DNA from: a virus
Virus record (IMG/VR): IMGVR_UViG_3300010354_000060
Coordinates: 18,540-82,539 of that record
DNA: 64,000 nucleotides
Strand: one strand, 5' to 3'
The translations under genes and the position numbers were made by a program. Under the pieces are notes generated by a model, which did no database searches, had not been told where the DNA came from, and worked only from the letters and a program-made list of their open reading frames with translations. Shown here piece by piece: positions 8,270 through 18,394 of this stretch (the stretch's first letter is position 1; each line of letters opens with the position of its first letter).

Positions 8270-9006
8270 GCGATCCGCCCGTTGATTACGTATTGTGAAT
8301 TGTCACCTGGGTAGTCCGCTGGGGTCTGACCAGCATATTCTGGAATGTTCTTCTCAACATCCTTACGCTCGCCATAAACTATGTATGAGCAATTGATTGC
8401 CCCACCAGCATTGTTTTTGACAATGATCTTTGTTCCCCATTCAATTTTTTCAACAAATAATTCTTGATAAGAACCAATTGGAGTTAATACTACTCCAACA
8501 GATTCTAAATCAACCAATTCTTTCCAATATTCTGGAAGTTCAATCACAGTATTGTTGACAAGTTTTCCTCTATGATATACCTCTGCCTGAGGACCCTCCA
8601 AACAAATATAGCGAAGTCTATGATTTTCTTTTGTTGGGTGTGAAATATCAAAAGACTTTTTGCTGTTTACGTTTGAAATTAAAGCTGACCAAGCAGCCCC
8701 AGCAAATGCGGGTGCTGTAATTGTTCCTGTTGCAATAATATTTCCACTAAAATATGAGTTAGTAGCATTAACTGTAAAAGATGGAATAGGACCATAGCTT
8801 GCTTCAAGGGTCACACTTGCAGTACTCGTCCCTGCAAGGTGCAAATAGACATAATCTGAAGGAGAATCTGTATTAACAAGACACATAGAAACGTCATTCA
8901 GATTAAATCCTCCATCAAAAATATTGGAGAAGTCGTCATTATCTCTGTATGCAAAATTTACACCTGGACCTGTAAATGTTCCATACTTTTGAAAAGTGTA
9001 TGCCAT
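8266..9006 (-). CDS. Baseplate/tail spike-associated protein with C-terminal chaperone-like domain
   Basis: KSFDISHPTKENHRLRYICLEGP..VYHRG..IELPEYW..GERKD; paralogous to the neighbouring gene. Confidence 0.6.
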   Translation of the reverse strand: MAYTFQKYGTFTGPGVNFAYRDNDDFSNIFDGGFNLNDVSMCLVNTDSPSDYVYLHLAGTSTASVTLEASYGPIPSFTVNATNSYFSGNIIATGTITAPAFAGAAWSALISNVNSKKSFDISHPTKENHRLRYICLEGPQAEVYHRGKLVNNTVIELPEYWKELVDLESVGVVLTPIGSYQELFVEKIEWGTKIIVKNNAGGAINCSYIVYGERKDVEKNIPEYAGQTPADYPGDNSQYVINGRIA

Positions 9007-9668
9007 TATGCTCTAACCTCAGGAATCAATGTCGGAATGTCTTTTCTTTCTCCAAAAACATGGAAGTAGCAATTGATTGGAACTCCAGGTTTTGCTTGAA
9101 GATATACTTTATTATCTCCAATTCTCTTTACAATTATATCTTGATGAGCACCTATTGGGGTAATAGAAACTGTAATGCTATCATCGTGAACTAATCCTTC
9201 CCAATAATCGGGAAGTTCAATTTCTGTTCTATTTACCAACCTTCCTCTTACATAAACACCATTCTCTGGACCTTCCAAGCAAGTATGAATTAGTTTCATA
9301 CCTTCTTGCGTTGGATGATTAATTTCAAAATTTTTGACTGAAGCAAGTAATACTCTTGTTCTAACTATATCTGCTTCAATAAATCTTGACTTGAGTAGTT
9401 CATCCACGCGAACAAATTTTTCAAATCTTGAATAAAGTTTGCACCAAAGAGAATAGAGTGGTGATGAACTTACATCACCATTACTAAGTTTTCCTACAAG
9501 GAGAGATGCTTGTGCGGAAGAATAATCACTTGCAGATCCAACTTGAACAGGTCCTTCAATATATGCAGCACCTCTTACCTTACTATCACCAACACCAAGA
9601 ACAGCAGGAGTTCCTGCTCCACACATAAACTGACCACCTACAGCGTGGTCATCTGTCATAAAAGCCAT
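9006..9668 (-). CDS. Baseplate/tail spike-associated protein, paralogue of 8266..9006
   Basis: KNFEINHPTQEGMKLIHTCLEGP..VYVRG..IELPDYW..GERKD; GGAGGT RBS. Confidence 0.6.
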   Translation of the reverse strand: MAFMTDDHAVGGQFMCGAGTPAVLGVGDSKVRGAAYIEGPVQVGSASDYSSAQASLLVGKLSNGDVSSSPLYSLWCKLYSRFEKFVRVDELLKSRFIEADIVRTRVLLASVKNFEINHPTQEGMKLIHTCLEGPENGVYVRGRLVNRTEIELPDYWEGLVHDDSITVSITPIGAHQDIIVKRIGDNKVYLQAKPGVPINCYFHVFGERKDIPTLIPEVRA

Positions 9669-9676
9669 ATTACCTC

Positions 9677-10327
9677 CTAAGTTTTAATTTGTTTGCTCTG
9701 GAATTGTTTTGCTCCACCATTCTTGGAGTCTTTACTGTGAACAGCATCAGTAACACCTTGAATCATTGAACTGTAGATTCTCATGGAACTGTTTGCAGTG
9801 ATAATTGCTTGTCCAGTTGTTGCTAATCTATATGATGCAGAACCATCAATGGTAATATTTTTACCTTTTAACAGGATTGACTCGTTTGCTTTGAGTTGTA
9901 TATTCCCCTGAGTATTGTCTGGACCTTTAGCAATTAAATCAATGTCAAGAGCTTCAATGCGAACTCTTCCATTGTCTGCTTTAATAATTATATCACCATT
10001 TAACGCATGATAAAAGAGTGCGTTCTGGTCTTTCTTGATTTCATCACCACATTCTACTTGAAATGCTCCTGGAGCAGTCATAGTAGTCCATCCCTTTCTC
10101 TGACCATCTTTATCCATGGATATTTGATGGCGACCATCAGATCCTTGAAGAATTACATCTGCAGTTACATCTGCTTGTTTATGGATATGTCCAAAAGTTA
10201 TAGATCCGTGATCATTTCCATAAGTAATTGCAGTATAATTCTTTTTGGTCGTATCCTTGCTGGCATTTGGATCATAACCTGCATAGTTTGCAACTCTATT
10301 ATTTTTTATATTCTGTGGTGTTGCCAT
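9677..10327 (-). CDS. Putative gp5 C-terminal-like beta-helical spike protein
   Basis: Short beta-strand repeats (GDIIIKADNGRVRIEALDIDLIA..NIQLKANESILLKGKNITIDG); located downstream of gp5. Confidence 0.5.
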   Translation of the reverse strand: MATPQNIKNNRVANYAGYDPNASKDTTKKNYTAITYGNDHGSITFGHIHKQADVTADVILQGSDGRHQISMDKDGQRKGWTTMTAPGAFQVECGDEIKKDQNALFYHALNGDIIIKADNGRVRIEALDIDLIAKGPDNTQGNIQLKANESILLKGKNITIDGSASYRLATTGQAIITANSSMRIYSSMIQGVTDAVHSKDSKNGGAKQFQSKQIKT

Positions 10328-10329
10328 TG

Positions 10330-13300
10330 TTATTGTTCAGGGTTGGTGATATTTCTAAGAGTTCCTGGAATATTGAGATTTGGATTGTTATTGTTAGTAT
10401 CAGTACCAGATCTTTCAATTGCACTTGGAGCAGTAGTAATTCTTGCGGTGATGCTTTCTTGTAGAGTGTCGTATACTCTTACAGGATCTCCAATCGTCTT
10501 AAAGTATCCAGCATACTTGAGTCCACTTTCATAATAAACTGCACCATAATAAGATCTTCCATCAATGTATCCTGTTTGTTTTAATCCAACAAGATCTGTT
10601 ACTTGAATTAGTTTTTCTTGTGGTAATCCTGCAATTTCTCTAACTGGTGTTAATATTGGTCTTGCCGAAAAATTAATTCCTGTGTCAGTTTCAACTTGAA
10701 TAATTGGAAGTGAAGTATATCCAGATCCTGGTGTTACTACATTGACTTCAGAAATTCTTCCGAAGGAATCGCATTTATACGAAAGAGTAGCACCGTTATC
10801 TGGAACTATCGTAATCTTATCTATACCACAATTATAATTGATTCCTGGATCATCCACAACTACCTTATCTAATACAAGAATAACTGGATAACCATCAGGA
10901 GATTCTGGAAGATCAATATAATTATTCCCTGGGTCATCTACAAGAACTTCATCAACAACACCTTTACCACCAGTGATCTTTGGACAAGGAGGGGCAATCA
11001 GGACTGCAGAAGCACCCATTGGATTTCCTTCAGCCCAAGATGCTGCTGATGTTGATTGTATAACTATATCCTTGGTAACTTCTAAGGCAACACCTGTTGG
11101 ATTTATATCAAAATCATCATTTCTATTTGGAGGTGGAAGAGGAACGTTGACTAATTGAATTTTGACATCATAATTTCCGTTACTAATATTTGCAAGAACA
11201 GGAATGGGTTCTCCACCAGAAAAGTCGGTGGTTTCATAGATTTTATCGTTACCAATATAAACAGTAGCAATATTATCTCCCTGCATTTTTAATAGATATT
11301 GACCACTTTCTGGGAAAGAAACATTTTTCCAGAGTAAAGTTCTCTCTCCATTAACATCACCTTTTTTAAGAATCTTTGATTTCTTTGGTGCTTCTGTCAG
11401 TCTCTTAAAGGTTCCAATATTTGTTGAGATGACAAAATCATCCCAGTCGTCACCTTTTTCCTCACAAACAAGTTGAGTATTTGGTCTGGATCCAGATCCC
11501 CTAACATCTTTTACTTTTTCATCACCAACATATAATTTTGCGCTATTGGCAGTTGGTTTACATGGTCCGTATATTTTCCCCCCAGCAACAGTATATTTTT
11601 TTGATCTTATGTTCTCATTAATGGTGTCTATTCCTGGGATAGTAATTCCATGAAAAATACTTGAATCGTTAGCAACATTTTTTAGTTCTATTTCAACAGA
11701 ACCTTCATAATTACTCAAATCAAGATAGACTCCACCACCATTAAATCCAGAAACATTCTCATCTGTTTCCGTATCTTCAATAATTGGGGATACATTATAC
11801 TCATTCATAAATGTTGACCAAGCTTTATGGCGATAGTTATATAACTTTGGTCCAACATAAGTAATCCCGTCTTTTACATTGTCAGATAACAATCTTGAAT
11901 CTGAGAGATTTTTAGTAGCAACAATCTTTAGTGATGCATTAATATCAGATCCTCCTGCATCTAAGAAATTAAGAGTTTGCCATCCCCCAGTTTTTCCAAT
12001 AACAATCCAAGCATCATCGGCAAAAATTGGTGCTTTTTGATTTCCAATTAACTGAATGGGTCCATATTCTCTATTAACTTTAAAAACAGATTTTGAACTA
12101 ACGTTACCCTTTTCTCTAAAACTTCTCCCACTCTTCTCTCTTTCTAAAATAATTGGAGATCCATCTGGATTAGGGATGACAATTTTTGAAATGGCGATGC
12201 CATTATCATTTGGATTATCATCATATTTTAAAGATATTGAAACTTCTGTGTCAGTATTTCCACCAACAGTCATATAATATCCATCACCTTTGAGATGGAA
12301 ATGCGCTCCAGCAACTTGAGTTTCTTTTGTTAGTTGATTTTGCCAGTCTTTTGTACTGAATATCTTTTTATTGATTACCGAACTTGTTGTAATTGGTTGA
12401 TTGAAAACCTCAACTGTAATTTTGTGAGATCCTTTTCTCAAAAACTTTTTGGTTGTTGTTGGATTTTCTACCTTAAATCCTTGTAGTTTATAAACCTCTT
12501 CGTTATCAATTAATATTCTTCCCTTATTATCTACGCAACCCTTCACGCCATAGTATCCATCATAAGGAATCTCTACGTCCCAGGTATTTGTAAAATTAAT
12601 TCCAGCTCTGTCACTACCTGGGGTATCAAGTGGTGGAACAGGTGAAATTGCATACCTGTTCATGAACCTGCTCCAAGTGTTTGGAACTCTATACTTTACA
12701 GGATACCATTTCTGAGCAGACTTTGGAAATCTTGTAGACCAAATTGGATTAGTAGGACACCTTCCAAGTTGTTGGGTTGGTGGTTCTTGTGGTATTGGTG
12801 GTTCTGGAGCATCAATGGTTAGAGAAACTCCCAATGGATTTTCATACCAAGATTTAGCAGAAACAACTTTTGTTTCAGTATAAGATGATTCAATATTGAT
12901 AGCAAGAGTCATTGGGTTACCCTTTGATAGGGGTGCTCCAGGAATTTGTTCTAACTCAGCACGAATTCTATAACTTCCCGCTTTAAAATAACGAGTTTCA
13001 TTTAGATCTGGAGTTCCAATTGAAGTTCCAGGAAGAAATCCTCTCTTTCTAATAATAACTTCATCTCCACCTTCATTTACATCACGAAGACCAGTTTCAT
13101 TTCCTACGTTTCCACCAGTTTCACGATTTCCAATGTAGATTGTAACGTTGTCGTCAACAGCAACTTGAACTTTATAATATCCATCAATAGGAAAGTTTAC
13201 ATTTTGCCATCTAATGACATGAACCCCCGCAAAAGAATTTGTTTGTGCTTCTTTAGTATTTGAATTGAAAGGAGTAATTCCATAACGATCAGCTAAAGAA

Positions 13301-14922
13301 GACGTTGCAGATGCTGTTGGATTAGTTCTCCACAAAGGTCTATCTGCTTTTCCAATATAATCAACGGTATTAAAAACATTTACATTTTTAATTGGAGTTG
13401 ATGAGAGTGGATTAATTACTCTTGGTGGTGAAAGTTGTCTTGCATTTGTGGCAACTAAACTAACATTTGTAATAGGATCGTTTGGATCATTATCATATAA
13501 TGCAATTTCTTGATTGAATTGTTCTGGTAATGGTCCACTATTTCTAATTACAGTATCTTTAAATCTTGAAGATACTCCTTCAAAAATAATAGGACCATAT
13601 TTCCTATTTGCTTTAAATGTTCCTGTTGCACTAACCGATCCTATGGATCCTGTTAAAGGTCTGGATAAAACTACAGGTTTATTACTTTCAGTTGGAATAA
13701 TAATTTTGGTTGCAGCATATCCAAAATTTGCATCATCCTGCCAATAAAAAGTAAAATCAACTTCAATAATATCATTACCGCTCGTAAGCATATAATATTG
13801 ACCATTCTCTTTAATAAAAAGAGTTCCTACTTTTTGTTCTTCTGTTCTGGGTTGTAATGCTTTAGATTCATAAATTGGTTGATTTAATAAATCAATTCTA
13901 ATTTTATGATTACCTTCTTTTATTGTTTTAATGAATGGTATTGGATTTTCATTAAAATTTTGAAGATCTGAAACGAATTGATTATCTAGATATAATTTTC
14001 CGTTATTATCTCTACATCCTCTAAAGACATATTCTCCAGTATATGGGAAATTTTCTTCCCATTCCATAGAGAAAAGTGTTCCCGCAAAATCACTTCCAGG
14101 CAAATTTGATTGAGGAACTGGAGAGACTGCATAAGAATTCATGAAGTCACTCCAAGTTTTTGAAGTAGATCCTTTTGCTGGATGGGTGACTTGATAAACT
14201 TTTTGATATGATTTATTTCCGCCAGTTACCAATCTTGGTGCTTTTTTTCTGGTAGTCCACCAAGGTCTTTTTAATTTGGAAAGTTGTTTTTGATACTGGT
14301 AAATTTGTGCAGCAATTGGATCTTCTCCTTCACCAGTGAAATCATCTGGGTTCCAAGATCCAAGATCTTGACCATCTTCACCCCAGTCTATTGGATATGT
14401 AACATCCTCAGACTGAATATTGTAGACTTCATAATCATCTTCTTGATCATAAACTTCAATTGCAGTTGTTGTGATTCCAACGTTGGAAGTAAAAACTGCT
14501 CCTGCTCCAATATTACAATCATCTACAACTGATACGAATGGTGGATACTGATATCCATGTCCACCGCGAACAAGGTCCACTGCAAGAATAGATCCATTTA
14601 CGATTACTGGATTTGCTGCAGCACCAATTCCACCGCCTCCCCAGAATTGTATTTTAGGGGGACCACAAGGTTTTGGATCTGTATTACATCCCTCTACAGA
14701 TACCAAATCTTGTGGAGTTAACTTATTAACTTCATTTATATTTAAGTATCTTAGTTGCTTGTTTCCGTCTAAAAATAAAAAGAGTGTTCCTGGGTTTAAT
14801 TTGGCATACTTATTCGCATCATCAATGGAAACTCCATCAATATACCCCTTTTCTGGGTCAATATATCCTACAGTAACAACTGAAGAAGGTGGTGGTCCAA
14901 ATAGCGTGCTTTTCTTCCCCAT
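10330..14922 (-). CDS. Large baseplate-associated virion protein with PA14-like repeats (1530 aa)
   Basis: About four repeats W(S)xFMNxYA(V/I)SP..W..FP..G.Y...DN....I resembling PA14 carbohydrate-binding beta-sandwiches. Confidence 0.65.
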   Translation of the reverse strand: MGKKSTLFGPPPSSVVTVGYIDPEKGYIDGVSIDDANKYAKLNPGTLFLFLDGNKQLRYLNINEVNKLTPQDLVSVEGCNTDPKPCGPPKIQFWGGGGIGAAANPVIVNGSILAVDLVRGGHGYQYPPFVSVVDDCNIGAGAVFTSNVGITTTAIEVYDQEDDYEVYNIQSEDVTYPIDWGEDGQDLGSWNPDDFTGEGEDPIAAQIYQYQKQLSKLKRPWWTTRKKAPRLVTGGNKSYQKVYQVTHPAKGSTSKTWSDFMNSYAVSPVPQSNLPGSDFAGTLFSMEWEENFPYTGEYVFRGCRDNNGKLYLDNQFVSDLQNFNENPIPFIKTIKEGNHKIRIDLLNQPIYESKALQPRTEEQKVGTLFIKENGQYYMLTSGNDIIEVDFTFYWQDDANFGYAATKIIIPTESNKPVVLSRPLTGSIGSVSATGTFKANRKYGPIIFEGVSSRFKDTVIRNSGPLPEQFNQEIALYDNDPNDPITNVSLVATNARQLSPPRVINPLSSTPIKNVNVFNTVDYIGKADRPLWRTNPTASATSSLADRYGITPFNSNTKEAQTNSFAGVHVIRWQNVNFPIDGYYKVQVAVDDNVTIYIGNRETGGNVGNETGLRDVNEGGDEVIIRKRGFLPGTSIGTPDLNETRYFKAGSYRIRAELEQIPGAPLSKGNPMTLAINIESSYTETKVVSAKSWYENPLGVSLTIDAPEPPIPQEPPTQQLGRCPTNPIWSTRFPKSAQKWYPVKYRVPNTWSRFMNRYAISPVPPLDTPGSDRAGINFTNTWDVEIPYDGYYGVKGCVDNKGRILIDNEEVYKLQGFKVENPTTTKKFLRKGSHKITVEVFNQPITTSSVINKKIFSTKDWQNQLTKETQVAGAHFHLKGDGYYMTVGGNTDTEVSISLKYDDNPNDNGIAISKIVIPNPDGSPIILEREKSGRSFREKGNVSSKSVFKVNREYGPIQLIGNQKAPIFADDAWIVIGKTGGWQTLNFLDAGGSDINASLKIVATKNLSDSRLLSDNVKDGITYVGPKLYNYRHKAWSTFMNEYNVSPIIEDTETDENVSGFNGGGVYLDLSNYEGSVEIELKNVANDSSIFHGITIPGIDTINENIRSKKYTVAGGKIYGPCKPTANSAKLYVGDEKVKDVRGSGSRPNTQLVCEEKGDDWDDFVISTNIGTFKRLTEAPKKSKILKKGDVNGERTLLWKNVSFPESGQYLLKMQGDNIATVYIGNDKIYETTDFSGGEPIPVLANISNGNYDVKIQLVNVPLPPPNRNDDFDINPTGVALEVTKDIVIQSTSAASWAEGNPMGASAVLIAPPCPKITGGKGVVDEVLVDDPGNNYIDLPESPDGYPVILVLDKVVVDDPGINYNCGIDKITIVPDNGATLSYKCDSFGRISEVNVVTPGSGYTSLPIIQVETDTGINFSARPILTPVREIAGLPQEKLIQVTDLVGLKQTGYIDGRSYYGAVYYESGLKYAGYFKTIGDPVRVYDTLQESITARITTAPSAIERSGTDTNNNNPNLNIPGTLRNITNPEQ

Positions 14923-14968
14923 TCCGTATATTAATTACAACTCTAACACGTTTTTATTATTTATGACT

Positions 14969-16801
14969 CTAACCATAATCCCTATAATTCAAATCCTCAA
15001 TACCTTTTAGTGGAGTAGCATATGGTAATTGAGTGGATGGAGTTTCTGGAGTATAGTTTGCTGCTTGATTTTCAACACTCCTTTCGTTTGGTTCCTGTTG
15101 TTGAGTGGTAGAAGCAGCTCCATTATTCAATGTATGTACATCAGCAGATGGGCACTTGGGTTCATCATCGCAAGAGAAGAACTGTAGGATTTGATTTACG
15201 AATCCTAAAGCAGCAGTTACATTGCCAGTCATTCCACCAATCAGAGATGTTGCTTGATCTAAAACTGAAGTTGCAGCAGAGATAGAATTATTAATAGAAC
15301 CTGTAGCAGCGTCTACTTGATTGTTCAGAAGAGAAGTCAAATTGCCAGCAGCACCAGCAGATAAACCAGATAGTTGTGCAGCACCACCCCCAAGAGATTG
15401 GAAATTATTATAGTAAGAAGAAATGTTAGATGAAATTGGAGCAATTGCTTTATCTACGCCATCAGTAATATCATTAATTGTATTCCCCAAAACATTTCCA
15501 ACTAAAGATTCAACGCTACAAATACGAACCTTTGGAGAAGTTCCTGCTGGTGCTACATTTTTTACTGTTCCATCACTATTGTTTAAACTTTTTGAAAGAA
15601 ACTTACTGATAAGATCTTTAAGTTTTCCGATAATTTTATTGAAAAGACACATTAATTTTTGAGTTCCTTTATCCTTTAATTCAAGAACTTTATATCTTGC
15701 ATTGGGAAGAACCTTATCAATAGCAGGTGCTATGGTTTTATTGTATTCTTTGACCACATACGCACGCACCTTTTCAAAAATATTTTTCATAAACTTTGCA
15801 ATCTGTGTTGATGCACTATCAATCAAAGACTGAACATTTACTGATCTCAATTTATTACTAACAGCATCAATGTAACTATTTGCTGCTTGTTGGATTTTAT
15901 TAATGTCGTTGGTTAGATTTTCAATTACAACTTGAATATTCTTTAGATCGGTTTTCTGTTTCTCACATGGACTTGAGAGTGGAGTCTTTCTAATGTATTT
16001 GTCATGACGAGCAACATCAGCCGCTGTTGTTTGATGAACAGAAGCTGAACTTTCTAATGTAGCACCAGGAGAAGGTGGAGTTTGTGGACTTGCTGCAGCA
16101 GATGCTTCCTGACGAGTAGCAGCAACTGTTCTTTCTGCAATCAGTCTTTCTCTTGCTTCTCCTGTCAGTCCAATTTTATCGGCATCTGCTCTTGCAGACT
16201 GTGCTGCAGCAAGTTCTGCTTTTGTTGGAGGTCTTGATGGATCTCTACCATACTTATCAAGAACTACTCCTGGTTTAGAAGAAGATGATGGAGTTCCTGT
16301 TGATGATGGTTTTTCAACTTTCAATCCAAAGTCAGGAGCTTTGATGTTAGGATCTGGAGTTGTTCCTTTTGCATACCCACTGATAGGAACAAATCCCTTT
16401 TCACCAATCTTTGTTCCTAATGCGGTTTGTGCATTGTTACCAAGAACGCCCATGATAACGGGGTTCTGACCATCAGATCCGTCTAAGAAAAATCCAAATA
16501 CAAAATTACCCTGTCTTAGGTTAGGGGTCTGAACACTCTGCCCCTGCCCACCACCAGCGGTGATTGGATACATGACCTGTGCCCAAGGCAGTTGATCATT
16601 TGGAATGCTTTTATTTGCATCCTGATCATGATATCCAATGATCCTAACCTTATAGCGGTATCCCCAACCAGAGATTGCCTTATCAGTTGAATATTTTCCT
16701 GGGACAATATTATCCCTCCAGGTAGAATCGTCAGCAATCTGACCTATCCACCAGTTAAATGTCCCACCAAGAAAACCTGGATTATATAAAGCCCCTTCCA
16801 T
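14969..16801 (-). CDS. gp5: Baseplate hub subunit gp5 (OB-fold N-terminus, no lysozyme domain seen)
   Basis: WWIGQI..RYKVRIIGYH..IPNDQLPWAQVMYP..GNFVFGFFLDG..QNPVIMGVL is the T4 gp5 OB-fold signature. Confidence 0.8.
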   Translation of the reverse strand: MEGALYNPGFLGGTFNWWIGQIADDSTWRDNIVPGKYSTDKAISGWGYRYKVRIIGYHDQDANKSIPNDQLPWAQVMYPITAGGGQGQSVQTPNLRQGNFVFGFFLDGSDGQNPVIMGVLGNNAQTALGTKIGEKGFVPISGYAKGTTPDPNIKAPDFGLKVEKPSSTGTPSSSSKPGVVLDKYGRDPSRPPTKAELAAAQSARADADKIGLTGEARERLIAERTVAATRQEASAAASPQTPPSPGATLESSASVHQTTAADVARHDKYIRKTPLSSPCEKQKTDLKNIQVVIENLTNDINKIQQAANSYIDAVSNKLRSVNVQSLIDSASTQIAKFMKNIFEKVRAYVVKEYNKTIAPAIDKVLPNARYKVLELKDKGTQKLMCLFNKIIGKLKDLISKFLSKSLNNSDGTVKNVAPAGTSPKVRICSVESLVGNVLGNTINDITDGVDKAIAPISSNISSYYNNFQSLGGGAAQLSGLSAGAAGNLTSLLNNQVDAATGSINNSISAATSVLDQATSLIGGMTGNVTAALGFVNQILQFFSCDDEPKCPSADVHTLNNGAASTTQQQEPNERSVENQAANYTPETPSTQLPYATPLKGIEDLNYRDYG

Positions 16802-16807
16802 TAGTTA

Positions 16808-17026
16808 TCAATCTTCATAAATTCTACATTCAACTGCTTCTGGATTTGCGTCACAGTAAAGTTCTAATCCAGTTGGATCATGATCATCTTCTGGATGATT
16901 GCTGCGATAGCTTTCTAAACTTTGTAGTTCGTCTTCTAAATGGCGACGACGTTGAGCACTGAGATTTGAGTCATCTAACTCTGTTTTGTCAGCATCTATG
17001 TGCTGGTGAATTGTGCGGTCGGTCAT
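16808..17026 (-). CDS. cp12: CP12 Calvin cycle inhibitor (auxiliary metabolic gene)
   Basis: C-terminal LELYCDANPEAVECRIYED matches the CP12 C-x8-C motif; acidic 72 aa protein. Confidence 0.92.
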   Translation of the reverse strand: MTDRTIHQHIDADKTELDDSNLSAQRRRHLEDELQSLESYRSNHPEDDHDPTGLELYCDANPEAVECRIYED

Positions 17027-18366
17027 AGTGGTATCCGTGATGGTGCCTTTCTTCCGTATGAATCTCTAACAAGATTCAGTTTTGTAAATGTTCGGCGGGG
17101 TGTAATGTAATGACAAAGATCTGCTATCATATATATACCACCAAACTCCTTACTTGTTTCTTTTTGATCCTTTTCTGCAACTTCTGGGGTATCAATGAAG
17201 ATAGAATCGCCCGCATGTAAACTAAAATCACCAGGAATTGTAATAGTAATTCTTACAGTAAACAATTGATTATATCTCATTGTTGACTGATTCAAAATAT
17301 TTTTAGGATCAAAATTCTGTTCCTTTGCTTTATTGATTTGTTCCTTTGTACTTCCAACTGGAAGAGTCCCCTTATCAATCAGCATGTAGGTTGTTCTTGA
17401 ATAATCTTGATCACCCTGACCTGCTCTATCAAATTCTTTATTCAGCACTGGTAATTCCTTACCAGCAAGTTTAAGATTTTTTTCAGTAGATGCTGATCTT
17501 GGATTTACAATTTCATAGTAACAATTAAAAGGATCAAACAAAATCACTCTTGTAGAATAAGCTCCAGACTCAAGTTTTCTTTTAACATCACTGGTATTGT
17601 CTAAAGAAAGTTCTACAATCTTACCATCATATCCAGCAGGAATACTATCTCCTCTACTATCTGGAGTCTCATTATAAACTAATTTCTTGACTGGAGGAGT
17701 TGATAGTATTTTTTCTATAGATTTGAAATTAAATCCCTTTGATGTCTCCCAGAAAAAATATCCAGCACTGTTTCCTTTTGCACCAGAAATATTTGGAATT
17801 GATTTCTTAGACAACCAAGTGCAGGCATAGAAAGGTTTTCTATTATTTCCTATAAAATTATAGTTGTTTTCTGTATCTTCAATGTTCAGTGTTTTTTGAC
17901 TATCAAGGAATTTTTTATCAGTGAGAATTCTTTGAATATGATTTGAAATCTTTCCATCAAATCTCACATTCAATCTTGTCTTTTCATTTAAAATATATTC
18001 CTTTGATACCAAAGTAACTCCAATTAGATTCTTTCGTGTATCTTGGAAAACTGGATTGACCTTATCAACATATAGATCCAAGTCTAATTTATTGTCAGAG
18101 TTATCCGTAAGAACTACTCTACTTTTTTCTTGACCAACAAGTGGCAATCCTTCAAGGACAGTTTTACCATCCAATTCTGGAACACCCGTGTCAGCGAGCA
18201 TAATCTCAACCTTTATAGTTTCCTGCAAAACACTTTCATAATAATATAGATCTGATATTCCAGCAGAAATGTCTATCGGTTTTTTTGTTTTATTTGAAAT
18301 AACTGATAATTGATTGATGGTTGAAGAACCACCTTTGTAACCAGTTAATAACTCTTGGTCTGCCAT
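17023..18366 (-). CDS. Tail/baseplate hub protein (tentatively gp27-like)
   Basis: 447 aa gene upstream of gp5; YFFWETSKGFNFKS and ITIPGDFSLHAGD..GG.YMIADLCH motifs typical of hub proteins. Confidence 0.55.
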   Translation of the reverse strand: MADQELLTGYKGGSSTINQLSVISNKTKKPIDISAGISDLYYYESVLQETIKVEIMLADTGVPELDGKTVLEGLPLVGQEKSRVVLTDNSDNKLDLDLYVDKVNPVFQDTRKNLIGVTLVSKEYILNEKTRLNVRFDGKISNHIQRILTDKKFLDSQKTLNIEDTENNYNFIGNNRKPFYACTWLSKKSIPNISGAKGNSAGYFFWETSKGFNFKSIEKILSTPPVKKLVYNETPDSRGDSIPAGYDGKIVELSLDNTSDVKRKLESGAYSTRVILFDPFNCYYEIVNPRSASTEKNLKLAGKELPVLNKEFDRAGQGDQDYSRTTYMLIDKGTLPVGSTKEQINKAKEQNFDPKNILNQSTMRYNQLFTVRITITIPGDFSLHAGDSIFIDTPEVAEKDQKETSKEFGGIYMIADLCHYITPRRTFTKLNLVRDSYGRKAPSRIPL

Positions 18367-18394
18367 CTTTTAATTTTCCTATATCTTATTTACA

